From Octopus vulgaris (lineage: Eukaryota), in NCBI GenBank assembly GCA_951406725.2, contig OX597814.1, positions 157,480,001-157,544,000 of the forward strand: DNA of 64,000 nucleotides, read 5' to 3'. Shown one piece after another: positions 25,435-39,335 of this stretch. Positions within the stretch are counted from its first letter, which is position 1, and every line of letters begins with the position of its first letter. The notes under the pieces are model-generated. The model ran no database searches. It saw nothing but the letters and a program-made list of their open reading frames with translations, and had not been told where the DNA came from. A program made the translations under genes and the position numbers.

Positions 25435-27104
25435 AAAGCTACCTTTATCAAAGGAAAAATGACAGAAACATCTAACGTTAACCTTGACCAGCAGAATGTC
25501 ATAAAAGAACTAGACCCAGCGGAGAGCTACAAGTACCTAGGGATAATTGAAGGGAACGGAATAAGGCATTTAGAGATGAAGGAAAGGATCAGGAGAGAAT
25601 GCTATCGAAGAGTGAGAGCAATACTCAAGACAGAGCTCAATGCAAGAAACGGGATCGAAGCGATCAATGCATTAGCTATACCAGTCGTGACTTACAGTTT
25701 CAATATTGTTAACTGGTCAATTACTGAAATATGTCAGCTCGACAGAAAAATAAGGAAACTGTTGACAATGCATAGAATGCACCACCCTAAGGCAGATACA
25801 GAACGACTCAATCTACCAAGAAAAGTGGGAGGCCGTGGTCATTTACAACTGGCAATAACAATGAAGATTGCTACAATTGGCCTAGAACCTACCTGAAAAA
25901 CTCTGAGGACTGGATGTTAAAACTTGTCTTAAAACATGAAAACAAGAAAGCATCATACTCAGTCACACAACGGGCAAAGGAATATCTAAGTGAATTCCGA
26001 ATACAACCAATTTCGGAATTAGAGATAGACATACAAGAAACAAGCACAGAAAAAGCTAAGCCCATGAAAGCCCGTGTCAAAACTGTGGCCTTGGATATTC
26101 TGAATAATAAATGGCAAGAAAAACCTCTCTATGGCAAATACCCAAAGAGAACGAATAATGCAGATATTGACAAAGCCCTGACCCATCAATGGCTAATGGC
26201 CTTTGGCTTAAAATCTGAAACAGAGGGGTTTATCATAGCAGCTCAAGATCAATGCCTACCAACAAGAAACTACCAGGCCAACATATTAAAGAACGGCAGT
26301 AGCCCAACATGTCGTGTATGCCGACAACAAAATGAAACCATTGATCATGTTGTCTCTAAATGCAGTCTTCTAGCGCCTACAGAGTACCTCAACAGGCATG
26401 ATAGAGCTGCACAATATATTCACTGGGTAATTTGCAAAAACCTGGATTTGCCCCATGAAAAGAACTGGTGGGAACACAATCCACCTCCAGTGCTTGAAAA
26501 TGACCACATCTCACTCCTCTGGAACTTCACCATTCAAACTGACAGGAAGATAGATGCAAATAGGCCAGACATCATATTGAAAGACTTCAGACAAAGAACA
26601 TGCCTCCTCATTGATATGACTGTCCCAATCGATATAAACGTATCTGTCAAGACCTACCAAAAACTGAGCAAATATAAAGATCTTGAAATAGAAATCAGCA
26701 AAATGTGGAAGCTGAAGACTAAAACAATACCTGTTGTCATAGGTGCCCTGGGAATGATAGCGAAAGGGACTAATTGCTACCTAACTCAGATACCAGGAAA
26801 CCCCAAAATGGCAGAAATTCAAAAGATAGTGCTCATAAGAACTACTCATATCCTACGCAAAATACTCTCTATGTAATCCCAAGGTTTAAAACAAACTTTT
26901 ATTTATTTATTTTATTTTATTTTATTTTATTTTATTTTATTTTTTTTTAAAATTTTATTTTTATGTATTAGACATTCACTAGTACAACACCAAAAAACAA
27001 AACCCCAAATATATGGCACAGAACTTCCGACCTGTTGTCTCTTGAGGTCTCTGGGTGAGACTTGGAGCCAACTTGTACAGACATAAAGCAAAAGTCAAAC
27101 ATAG
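25435..27104 (+). mobile_element. Dong/R4-like RLE LINE family B (5'-truncated)
   Basis: YKYLG, GGRG, CRVCRQQNETIDHVVSKC, RHD, RPDIILKD..LIDMTVP..K..KY; distinct 3' UTR ending in AATAAT. Confidence 0.92.
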
Positions 27105-27122
27105 AATAATAATAAAAATAAT

Positions 27123-27757
27123 AACACTTTAGCTGCCCCAGTTATAAGTTACAGCTACAATATCCTTAACTGGACACGAAATGAACTGTCCAAAATAGAT
27201 AGGACAACAAGAAAAATAATGACAGGATCTAGGATGCATCACCCAAAATTTGACATAGAAAGACTATATATACAACGTATAGAACGTGGTAGAGGCCTTA
27301 TACAGCTGGAAAACTACTATAAAATAACCACCATAGGACTGCAAAATATCTACTTCAGAAGGAAGGAAAACTGATACAAATAGCAGCAAAACACGAGCAA
27401 AACAAAAAACTGTTCTCAGTATTTAAGGAAGCTGACAAATACAAACAAGAAATCATACCACCTAATAAATATGAAGAAGAAGAAGAAGAAAATGAAGAAA
27501 CAACAAAAGCTATAAAACAAATGAAATCCAAACTAAAAATGGAACAGCAACGAACCATGATAAAACGATGGCAAGAAAAGCCCCTTCATGGTAAATATTG
27601 GCCTAAACTAAACGCAAAAGAAATAGACAAAGAGAAATCCCAGCAATGGTTGAGAAGCTCAGGACTCAAAGCAGAGACAGAGGGATTTTTAATTGCAGCA
27701 CAAGTTCAAAGCCTCCCCACCAGAAATTACCAAAAACATGTAATGTAAAGAAATATA
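27123..27757 (+). mobile_element. RLE LINE family A internal fragment (5'- and 3'-truncated)
   Basis: Near-identical to 24083-24722. Confidence 0.9.
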
Positions 27758-28414
27758 TTTTTTGAAATTAAAATGTCTTTCAAACTCACCGATGGTGGAA
27801 ACCTGTCAATGTCTATCTCCTTGTATATCACATACACCTTCTCGTCAGACTTCTCCCTCAGTCTATGAAGGTGCTCTCAGCTCACGACAGCATATCTCAT
27901 TTGTGAGGGACACCCCTGACAAACCGAAGCATCTACTTTCATTATTTCTTTTAAACTCTTGATTTCCTTTGCTAGTTCTTTAATTAAGACGTTATGAGAA
28001 ATGGAACAACTCTTTTCATGGGGTGATGTCTGGGGTGTTTGTGTCTCTTGTATGTCTGTATTTATTTCTGTAGGGGCAAGGTCGGGGTCAGTGTTGGATG
28101 GGGCAGAGCAAGTCCGATGTTGACCCGACCAGCGAAACCTCTGACCAAAAAGTTAATTAATAAATTTAATTAACCAGCAAAACCTATTTGACTGTCCTTC
28201 AGTCAGGGGTCACTTGAGTTGGTCATGCCAGGCTTCGACAACAACCTTATTTCCATAGTTACCCTTGCTTTAAAAGTAAATATGTTGACACAAGCACACT
28301 CTGTCCAGACACAACTGACAAAGGATTTTCTTTCCCGTTTTTGCTGTTCATTTGTCGATTAGTTTTTATATATATTTTTTTATTATATCAACTTTCCACT
28401 TCCGTCGTCACCTC

Positions 28415-28470
<56 letters not shown>

Positions 28471-29869
28471 CTCTCACACACACATTGATAAAGACTTTGG
28501 TAGGTACACGTAATTATAGGCATTTAATATATAAACATACGCATATATGCAAGCAGTCCGGGTTTCTTTTATTCCTATCTATCTATCTATCTATCTATCT
28601 AAGATATATCTAGTATTGTTTTAATCTTATCGATGGTGAATTATTGAACTAAGTAGCGGATTTATGCCTGACAACTCATCAAATATTAAAAATCATATGC
28701 GATAGAGTGGGATACTCCGAATAACAATGGAACAAATATAAATTATTTATTGAAGGCTTTTTCGCTCGTTTCTAACCAAACACACTAAAACACGTACACA
28801 ATCGACACTCACATATATCGATTAAACAGATAAATAGACGGATCTAATTATGACTGTGTTTTTAAGAGTTTGTGAATGTTCGTAATAATGAATTAAAAGA
28901 AAGTAAATACTGTCCCTCATCCTCGTAGTAACTCTCATTCCACCAGCAACCCTTTTACAGGAATCAACATTTTTTTCGTGATATGAACATATGATTCTTA
29001 GTAATTATGATTCTTAGTAATTCCCTAACGTAATCTTCATGAAACGGTTTTCCGTTTTTATGTATCTATATTGTACTGAGTATGTTTAGAAATAGTTTAT
29101 AAAGGCGATCGTGTTTTTTGTTCTCTGCTACTGACGTGATTCTTTTTCTTCTTTTTGAAAAAGTCCGAAAGAACGCAATCTCACTTAACAATATGAACAT
29201 AATTAGGAAAATTGTTTTACGGAGTTTCGTGTAACCTCCTGATTTTCAGGAACGCATTGCTTCCGTAGAACAAGGTGGTCCTGTATTTATTTCTACTTTT
29301 ACTGCTGCAGTTGTTGTTGCTGCTGCTGCTACTACAACTACTACTACTATTACTACTACTACTACTACTACTATTGCTGCTACTGCTGCTGCTGCTGCTG
29401 CTGCTACTGCTTCTGCTGCTGTTTCTGTTGTTTCTTCTGCTGTTTCTGCTACTACCGCTGCTGCTGATACACATTCTACCCCCTCCTTATACAATTTCTA
29501 TCAGCTTTCTTCCTTATTCTCTTGGTTCCGTGGTAATGCACTAAAATTTTCGCTTCTTTCACGCCATTAATTCCTGGCTTACCGTAATATTCATTGTTAA
29601 AGAAGAGAAGGTAACAATGCTCTATAGAGAAAAAAAGGAATGGAGGGTATGGGATTTACATACCAAAAATGAATCAATGTCATTAAACGACCTCAGTAAA
29701 ACAGTAGAATGCGATATTGTATAATCCACCATAATAAGCCACCATGCAATAACGGTGTACAAAAGAAGTGTTTCAGAGTATTTCTGCTCTCTTATCGGTA
29801 CGTCTGTTACACTATAGCTGTTAGCAAACAATATCATAATTCATCAGGAACTACATTACAAACATATTA

Positions 29870-30008
29870 CAGTTGTGGAAAAATGTTTGGAACATAAGTC
29901 TGGAAATTAGAATTTTTATATAAATGCCCAAACTAGTTAAATCAAATTGTATTTGACCATAAGAATTTTAATTTATAAAAAGGTGTTCCAAACTTTTGGC
30001 CATGACTG
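29870..30008. mobile_element. Tc1-like MITE (~139 bp)
   Basis: Imperfect TIRs CAGTTGTGGAAAAATGTTTGGAACA / TGTTCCAAACTTTTGGCCATGACTG, flanked by TA. Confidence 0.7.
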
Positions 30009-30478
30009 TACAATCAAATAGAATATAAAGAGTTACACAATTGTAAAAGCATGGAGTTGCAGGCCATGCAATGCAAAATTAGGGACAAGCATTGTATACT
30101 GTTACGATGCCTCTCCTGGCAACATACAGAAACCTGTTCAGGTTATCTAAGTGCCATCTTCCCAAGTACAGAAGTACGCTCTGTCATTATCTCTACAAAA
30201 GTTTGAGGTAATGCGAAGGATGTTTCAGAAAGTGAGAGGCTTCAAAGAAGCGAACAACATCTAATAGCTATAATCATTGGATAACGTGGGCTGAGATTAA
30301 ACTCTCCCTGGAAAGACAGGATGGTCACGACTGAACATATGTGTTCAATATCAGGGTGGATATGGTACTCAAAAACAACAATGTGTAATCAACAAGTATT
30401 GATTTACCTAAATATGCCCTACATTTAATTGTAATGAAGAAAGAACTGGTTATACCAAAGTGAGCAGAATACTGACGG

Positions 30479-30535
<57 letters not shown>

Positions 30536-30536
<1 letters not shown>

Positions 30537-30931
30537 CATTATATATAAGAGTCAAGTTGTGTGTCTGTCTCCTACGATTTAGACTCCTAACTACTCCCAC
30601 ATTTTGCGGTGCAGTGAACCCAAAAGCGGGTATCTTATAGTCGTGATTCATATCGAGCCCTTCTGCGTTTTAGCGCACGTCTACGATGAGTCAACGATTT
30701 TAAAAATAATTTACCATCAATTTTTTCCATTTTAATGCATTTTTCGCTATTATATAAGGGAAGTAACTCTCTAAAAATGTCTACGATGAGTCAACGATAT
30801 AAAAAAAAAATTACCATAGTTTTTTTCCATTTTTAATGCATTTTTTTTGCTATTTTTGGGCTATAACTCTCTAAAAATTCTTATATAGTTATTTCCCTTA
30901 CAAACCCGAGCAACGCCGGGCGATACTGCTA

Positions 30932-30932
<1 letters not shown>
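30536..30932 (+). mobile_element. Non-autonomous Helitron
   Basis: 5' TC, 3' hairpin CCCG..CGGG followed by CTAG, inserted at A|T within (TA)n; internal ~100-bp tandem duplication (30679 / 30779). Confidence 0.78.
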
Positions 30933-30993
<61 letters not shown>

Positions 30994-30998
<5 letters not shown>

Positions 30999-31530
30999 TT
31001 AAAAGGCTTCCAAATAAGGACGCGTAGTGCTAGAAACACAAAAGAGATAAATTCATGAAAGGAATGAAAATTAAAAACATTTACCATCTCGGCTATATCC
31101 CAAGGATGCCGGTAAAAGATTTGCGAACAAATTTATCAAGCAATATTAAAACATAATCAAATAGGGTAATAAAATAAATTATTATTACCAGTGGCTTAGC
31201 ACAAAAGACGAGTTAGTCGTTAGACTATATATTTTTCGTATAGAAATATAATAAAAGGCTTCCAAATAAGGACGCGTACTGCTAGAAACACAAAAGAGAT
31301 AAATTCATGAAAGGAATGAAAATTAAAAACATTTACCATCTCGGCTATATCCCAAGGATGCCGGTAAAAGATTTACGAACAAATTTATCAAGCAATATTA
31401 AAACATAATTAAATAGGGTAATAAAATAAATTATTATTACCAGTGGCCTAGCACAAAAGACGAGTTAGTCGTTAGACTATATATTTTTCGTATAGAAATA
31501 TAATAAAAGGCTTCCAAATAAGGAAGCGTA
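30994..31530. repeat. 252-bp tandem repeat (two full copies plus ~30 bp) embedded in (TA)n
   Basis: GGCTTCCAAATAAGGA recurs at 31005, 31257 and 31509; copies differ by only a few substitutions. Confidence 0.92.
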
Positions 31531-31864
31531 TATATATATTGGTTAGTAGAGTTAGAGGTTGGAATAACCGTTTAAGGGATTAAAATGTTCATTTTACTAC
31601 AGGTATAATTATCTATGTTAACTCTGGACATAAATATGCAAGCATATTAGGCTCATAGGTTACAGGCAATGACAAAGATAATTTTATCAGGAATAAAATT
31701 TAAAGTAAACAGAAAATGAAGAAACACTGATCAACAAGTGACTGACACCAATTATTACTTTTTGATACAAATAGACTGTATCCCATCTACAGCCTATTTG
31801 TATTAAAAAGTAATAATTGATGTTAGTCAATTGTTGTTGATCATTATTTTCCTATTTTCTGTTT

Positions 31865-31941
<77 letters not shown>

Positions 31942-31949
<8 letters not shown>

Positions 31950-32072
31950 GTATGGAGAGAGTCATTTCCTTTTAGTACCTTATTATTTAACACACTCACC
32001 GGTAAAATTTCCACTCATTAGCTTATTTATTTTTCCTAAAATTTTCGTTGCATCTTGCAACATTTTCAATGA
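31942..32072 (-). mobile_element. PLE-like pLTR remnant (20467 family) with hammerhead-like motif
   Basis: Homologous to 20907-21034; abuts (TA)n. Confidence 0.6.
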
Positions 32073-32739
32073 GAATATTGATTGCTAGTTCTTCGGCAAG
32101 TTACTACAGAGTAAATTCATACTTCCCACATACTATTTGCAGGTATTAATTATGAGCAATGTGATGTAAAAATTCAATATCGTGTTAGGAATCGATTTTA
32201 AACAACGACGTATTAAATTTATTCATTGACTGTCAAAATATCAATAAGACCTTCGGAGTTTTACGGAAAATGTTAGTTTGGATATAAATTTTAATAAACT
32301 CCGGGTGAAACAAGTACAAAAAAATGTTAATCTATAAAATACATGTGTCTGCCTGTATTCTTCCATAGGTGATCGATGAGACCTTGGCTTCACCTATAAA
32401 GTCGATTCGGGTTTTATATATCGGTATATATTGATAAGAAACATGATACGAAAATATCGATCACATGCAATCACATTTAGTTTGTGGCATCATTTGGTGT
32501 GCTGACTGGCAGTCTTTACAGAGTTCATGTTTAGTTTGCGTTGCCTGGATGCGTGCCTCTGCTCAGATAATCAGGAATTTGTATCTTTCCTGCAAGGGGA
32601 CTGCTCAGAGAAAGCTATTTCTAGACTCTCTGACACTTTTACCGTTATTCTCGAAAATAATTGTAGGAGTCTCCTGTCCACTGACTCTCCTCTTCTCTAT
32701 TCCCCTTTCGTGTTAGATTAGTTGCCTGGTATGCATATA

Positions 32740-33440
32740 AGGTGTGTTCGAGCAATATTTGGTCATTTTCCTAAAAGGAAAAGAAATCAAAATGTCCACT
32801 CCAAAAATAGAAGTATATCAAAAATTCAAAAAATATCAACTACAAAATAGCTGAAAGATAAGCCCCACAACAGTCGCAAGATGGCACAGTATGCGTTCGT
32901 CAATGAGTCCTTGAGAAGCTCTTGGGCTTGATGTTCTAGGCAGAGAAGTTGGTATATTTCTCAATCGCACCCCATACATTATTATTATCCAGGGGATTGC
33001 ATCCGGGAAAATTTGGAGGCGAAATATTGGGGCTGCTACAGGCGTAGAAATTATTCCACAACCACTTCTGATTATTTCTTGAATGAGAGAAAGGAGATTA
33101 ATCTTGCTGCTATACACGGCAGCAGCATTCCTCTCCAACCAGGATTTCAGCAGCTTCACATAGCCGCCTGCATTGAGCTCAAGGCTCAGTTCATCAGTTG
33201 TTGGATGGATTACGACGTACGGAGCCAATCACAACGCCTGCTGTACCCCTTCCCGTTGGCTACAACATCACAGTTGCAGCTCTTCACGTCAGATCTTAGA
33301 GTCTATAAAGTGTTCACAGAGCATTGAGGAGCGAATAATCATGACAAGTAACTTTTCTCCAATATTTAGATGACCTTCAATCATCCATATCAGTAAACAT
33401 TTTCTCAACAACAACTCTAATATTTATGCTCTCCAATGCC
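32740..33440 (-). mobile_element. Degenerate Tc1/mariner-superfamily transposon (DD37D/maT-like)
   Basis: Remnant of WPPNSPDxNPxDYxxWG at ~32960-33030 (minus strand), internally deleted; boundaries approximate. Confidence 0.55.
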
Positions 33441-34919
33441 GTTCATCCGAAGATCCATTGATTTCATAATATATGCATAGAGAAGATGACAATAATGAAA
33501 TGGAAGTAATGTTTAAAGAAAGAAGGGAAAAGGAGTTGCCTTTACGTGTGTATCTCATGAAAACCTGTCTAGAAAAGATTTTAAAGAATAAATATATAGA
33601 TCCAAAAATCGGTAATGTGAAGACCGTCATTCATACTGACTAGCTGTTATGCTATTTAATTTCGAAGAAATGCAATAAAGCTGTCCGACAAAATATATAT
33701 GCCACCTTATAGAAGAGAATGTTTAATTATAGTGAGGGTATCGAAAGTATCAATGGAAAACAAATCTTTGGTTGTCTTTGCCTTCCGCAATAACTCTGGG
33801 TGCGTTGTGGATGTAAGTATGGGGAAAAATGAAAACTTGCTTGCAGTAAAAATTTCGAAGTAGTGGTCACGAGATTATACAGGATTGTTTCTCCATAAAT
33901 TTCTCAGGAGAACATTATTTGAGACTAGTGGAGGGGGCCAGAAATCTCAGATATTTTAAACGAAAGGAAGGAGACTTAAAGACTTTTTCCTGCAAAAAGA
34001 AACAATAGCATCCAAAGTTTCGCTGCCATCTTAAAATGATTTAATATGCAGTTGTCTTAAAAACAGTCGAACCAATTTTGAATATACTATACTGGGAAAG
34101 AAGATAGGATAGTCACGGCGAGAACAACAAATATTTCTCTCGGCATTTGAACAATTTCAGTTGGGAACTACGGTATTTATGACTCAGCGCGAACCAGAAT
34201 CTAAAATGCCGACCAAGATGTGTTACAAAGTCTAAAAATTATTTACATAACATTTACAAACACTAAAAAAAGTAAAATTACACTTTACAGAGAAAATAGT
34301 AATAACGTCATCATGATCTGCAAAAACATCAACAACGATACAGATACACAGGTTCACACAGAATGCATTTAAATACAAACGGTCCACATACAGAAAAATT
34401 AACTTTGTAAACATAATATTTAACAATCTAAAAAATTTGCACTTCATCATTAATAGCATTAAGATTCTTTTTAATGCTAGTAAAATAAACGCAACATTCA
34501 TGGAACAGTTATTTAGGTAACCTTATTAATTCAATAGAGTAATTCCCGTCTTACAAACTATGCTCGAATCAGGCTAAAAAGACCATTTCCCAACAGAGAC
34601 GGTTTAATCACATATATAAAAATGTGTATTTAATTCAATGAATTGCAACTGTCTTGGTGTAACAGAATCTATCTCGCTCACCTGCGCTGTGACCGGCACT
34701 AGAATTCATGGGTTTACAGAAATCGAGCGAGCAATAAAGACAATGCAATATGGCCAGATTGTGACATTGCATTCCATACGATCCATCACTGCATTTCCAT
34801 TAGTCATTATAGGTTCGTTATTTATAGGCTTACTCAATCGGCCCATTGATTGCTTGAGAAAAAATGAACGACCTAAAGAGTTAATGTTATTTTTGTCAGA
34901 ATCATATCTGGTTATAATA

Positions 34920-37900
34920 AAGTAGAAAATTAAAGGAATGGTACAAGTATGCGGGTAAGGAAGAGAGGCAATAAGAATCAGTATAAGTGGAAGAGGGATA
35001 AAGAGGAAAGTGTAATAGACGACTTTATCTCGAAGAGGACTAAGAGGAAGAGAGGGAAAGCAAGGAAGAGACGAAATGAATAGAAAGAATAGAGGAGTGA
35101 AAATATTCAATAGAAAAAAGGGACAGGGGATAACCGAAATTAAGGAAACAACAGGCATAAAAATGTTAGTGTTTGTAATAGGGCCGTCACACAGGAAAAT
35201 ATCTGCACATAGAACCCGGCTCGAAAGTCCTTCGTAACAGACTGGCGAGTTGAAATTCATCGACGCATAGAGTCACCCTAAGAACGTCTTTGTTTCCTTT
35301 CAAAATTAAACCCCTATACAACGCCATAGTACAACTTCCACTAACCGCATTGCCCGTCTGTCTGAGGAGCGTGAGCCCCTGGAGACACTCAAGGTTCCAA
35401 ACGCCCATCCTTGGTCTACGCTTGATCCAAGATGGCAGCTTACTCAAAGAGACGGGCTGCGGGAAAGCGAGTCTGACAAACGGTGACCACACCTGCTCAC
35501 TGTTGCCGAGGAAACGCTGGATGCGCCGCAGCCTCAGTGCATGACTGTACATCAATAGCCACGGTATACCCAGTCAAGTTCATAGGGTCTTGACAGTAAA
35601 TAGAGCGCCTGACCAGCGGAGTTCTTCCTCCCATAAAAGGCAGAAAAGCAAACGCTCCAGCTTGATCAGGTTCTAACTGGGGCACGGCAGGACGGTGAAA
35701 CAGTGGTAAATGACTGAGGCGACGTATGTGTTCGCCACCTCTTCCCGACCTTTCAAAGATAGCTTCCTCTTGGCACATTTCTGGGTGAGACTGTCTACCC
35801 TGCTCGTCACCTTGCTCCAGTTCTTCTCCAGCTGGAGGTCCGGTCCGAACCAGACTTCGAGCAATTTTACGGGCCCGACCGTCCAACGTACAACAACGCT
35901 GTCGGTTAGCATGGATCTGCCTCTCCAGTTGCCGAGCTGCAGGCCCACCGATTTTCCCGGAATAATCTTTGCTCCCATTACTTCCTCATATTCTTTCACA
36001 GTAGTGCTGACCAGATCTATGTGCTTGTCGTCCGGCACAATGACGGTGACGTCGTCTCCGTATGCCGACACAACTCTTCCAGATTTTAATTCACGCGAAA
36101 TGCCTCTCAAAATCTCCAGTTTCTAAAGTAATGATTCGTGGGTCAGTACATACAGAAGGGATGATAGTAGTCGCCCTTGACGGACCGAATGCACGATGTT
36201 GAATGCTTCCGACAGGTGACCATTCACCCAGACTACCAAGCAAATGTCGCCGTACATGTCAAATATTCAACCGCGGAAAACCAGACCGAAAACGACCGCC
36301 GTGAAAACAGCTGCCAGATATTGATGGTTAACCCTATCAAATGCTTTTTACTAATCTAAATTGATCAGAGCCCCACCCACCTGTTTGAGACGGCACATGT
36401 TTATGCGTTTCCAACCAGTTTCTCAGCGACAAGCGTCAACCTCTTCACTAACACTTCAGAAAAATTTTCCTGTCTGCGTTAAGCAGAGTGATGAGTCTAA
36501 AATGATCTAATACCTCCCCACTCGTTTTGATCCTTTCTCAGCTGTAGCAGTGATCCTCGGCTCACAGATTTGGGAATTCTTTCATTCTGTTGCCAGTTGC
36601 AGTAGATATCTGGTTAACCCTATCAAATGCTTTTTACTAATCTAAATTGATCAGAGCCCCACCCACCTGTTTGAGACGGCACATGTTTATGCGTTTCCAA
36701 CCAGTTTCTCAGCGACAAGTGTCAACCTCTTCACTAACACTTCAGAAAAATTTTCCTGTCTGCGTTAAGCAGAGTGATGGGTCTAAAATGATCTAATACC
36801 TCCCCACTCGTTTTGATCCTTTCTCAGCTGTAGCAGTGATCATCGGCTCACAGATTTGGGAATTCTTTCATTCTGTTGCCAGTTGCAGTAGATATCTGCC
36901 AAGATACCTACAAATAAGACTAGCATATTACAATAAAACTCATAGGGCAGACCATCTGATCCCGGCGATTTTACCCCCGTGCAGTTTATCATCTCATCCC
37001 GTATTTTCTCAATTGCTATCAGCCTTTCGCACCACTCCGCATCTCTTGCTGAGAGTCGTGGCAGTCCATCGAGATACACAGTGAAATTCATCCTGTGATC
37101 TGGCACACCGTTCGTCCCGAACAATTTGGCAAAATGCTGCTGAAAAGCTGCACACATCTGCTCCAGCTCGTTCACTGCGCGTACATTTTGGTTCACAAAA
37201 GACCGAATGGTGTTTTTGTTGACATTTTACCCCTCATCCACACGGGTCCATCGGGCAGCATTGGTTCCTCTTTCTCAGAGCATGTGCCTTAGCTCTGACA
37301 ATACAAACTTCGTGCTTGGCGTTGAAGTGTTCATCAAGGGCCAACATAGCTGCCAGTACGTCACTTGCAATGTCTTTCCTACGCGCCTTTTCTAGTTTTC
37401 TCACTAAATCGCCCTCTAATTTATTCCTTTCTACAGCTAAAATTTTGCTAAATCTAAGTGATTCTAGTTTGAAGGTCCTTTTTAGCTTATACTACTGTCG
37501 ATGTGTAAACAGCCACCAATCTGAAGGCCCTACCTTTAATACCATTCACGTCCAAGACCACCAGCTTACCTTCTGGTCCAAGAAGACTGACCTTATTTTG
37601 AGATCCAGACCTTACTGAAACAATAGCGTAGTACTCCCGCCACCCATTCCCGCCGATACGGAAGATGAATAGATCTCGTAGTTATCGAAATTGGGCATGA
37701 AACCTTGCGGTTCGGTTTGTCTGGATTCAGTAATGGCTATTACATCTATTCCTCGCGACCTGAGGTCGTTGAGTAGGTGACTGTGTTTCTAAGGAGACTC
37801 CAGGCCACATACATTTGTGCAACCTATTTTGAGTATGACTAGTTGAGTGGCTGGGAAGGAGAAAAAGGAAAGGACGACTCACTGTTAGCACTCTGGGATG

Positions 37901-38410
37901 GGAGCGGGAAGATGTCGCACTCTCTATGTGGGGTGTGGTGGTCTCCATAACCAAGGATATATAGAGGCTCCAGGACAATTTCGTGTTGAAGTCTCCAACC
38001 GCCTGTGGAAATTTGGATTTTATGTTGCTGTAGGTATGTTGCGATGTTCGGACTATCTGTGTGTGTTGGCGGTGTATTATCCGTGGAGGGAACAAAATTA
38101 AACATCTTAATGTCTGTATTTTTCTTTATGCATAATAAGTTTGTGTTGTCTGTGTTTATGGCAGTGAGTTTTGTGGTGTATTTGTTATTTCCATATACTT
38201 TTTGTGTTGAGCTTGTTGTGCCTTGTACTGTTGGCTGTGTCTGTGGTGTTGGTAGTGGTGGTCTTAGTGAAGGTGTTGGAAGCGTGGGTGTTGGTGTGCT
38301 GTTATTGTTGTTGTGTTCGGGTGATTCTAAGTGTTCTTTTGGGTTACAGCTGTTTTATTTGTTGGTGCACCGTAGTGCCTTTTTTTAGGCTCTTATGTGT
38401 GACTTCTGTC
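34920..38410 (-). mobile_element. Degenerate Tx1/L1-like LINE (ORF1 end, APE, RT, pyrimidine-rich 3' region)
   Basis: LKIGCTNVCGL start near 37835, KSPGSDGLPYEFY, AYGDDVTV, GPVKLLEVWFGPD; homologous to 60250-63983. Confidence 0.88.
36326..36897. repeat. 286-bp tandem duplication within the Tx1 RT
   Basis: GGTTAACCCTATC...GCAGTAGATATCT repeated at 36326 and 36612 with about 3 differences. Confidence 0.93.
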
Positions 38411-38424
38411 CACTGATACTTAAT

Positions 38425-38525
38425 CCATCGATCTCGAAATGATTTTAGGCAAAGTCGACTTCAGCGGAATTTGAACTCAGAACGTAGCGACAGACAAAAT
38501 GTCGCAAAGCATTTTGTTAGGTGTG
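38425..38525 (-). mobile_element. SINE fragment (14461 family)
   Basis: ggcaaagtcgacttcagcggaatttgaactcagaacgtagc. Confidence 0.7.
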
Positions 38526-38530
38526 TTCAT

Positions 38531-38983
38531 AGTGAGAGATCAGCGCATACCATCAAATTGACACTGGGGTAAAATATACAAATCGCAATATACTCATCAT
38601 GATTATCCGTCCGTTAAGGATGAACCAGGCACATGCATCACAACCACATGTGCGTGACGTAGTGATCTCATTAACACCCATGACCTTGCAGGTGGTGCCC
38701 AGTTAAAATTTTCTTCAGGTCGAGTAGCCCATCCCGATCAAAAGGTCTCTGAATAAGGTTTATTTTAGGATGATGAATGAAACACTTATGTTTCCAGAGG
38801 TGAATTATTCAAACCCCAAAGATGCTTCCCCGCTAGTTCTGCTTGTGTTCAGAGATGCACACATCGTCAGTCACTAAGGGACGTGCTCAACTGGTTGTCA
38901 AGTAACTGACAAGCAAATTAGTGGTATTGAGCAGAATACTTGCTGCAGCCCATCTTTTAAACCGAGACATAAAATGTACATGA
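38531..38983 (-). mobile_element. Non-coding retroelement, diverged copy (55051 family)
   Basis: Homologous to 55051-55545. Confidence 0.8.
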
Positions 38984-39039
38984 AGTTGGAGGAAGAAGAG
39001 GGAATGTAACCCTCATTGAAAATGAACAGAACAACATGA

Positions 39040-39335
39040 ATAAGAAATATCCTCTGGTGGAAAATGGCACCAAAATCTGATCAGAGAATGTCAAGCACAA
39101 CAACGGGGCACACTGGCTTCAGAAGGACCAGCCAATGATGCCGTGGCCAGTAACAATTGTGCGAGTGCTTATCTTGTTTACCTATGATGTGGCAGCTTAT
39201 AAATGGAATAATGGGGAGAGCAGTGTACGACCATCTTGAGAGAAATGACCCGTTAACAGATAAACAGATGGCCTGCGGAAAGGGGTCACGTTGAACAAAG
39301 GATGAGATGCTGATAGATAAGGCAATTTTGATCAA
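39040..39335 (+). mobile_element. R4/Dong-like RT fragment
   Basis: SCLPMMWQLINGI..YDHLERN..QMACGKGSR*TKDEMLIDKAIL. Confidence 0.7.

Noticed and set aside
30994-31530. Possible CRISPR-like array
   Set aside because: Whole 252-bp units repeat; there are no unique spacers between short repeats.
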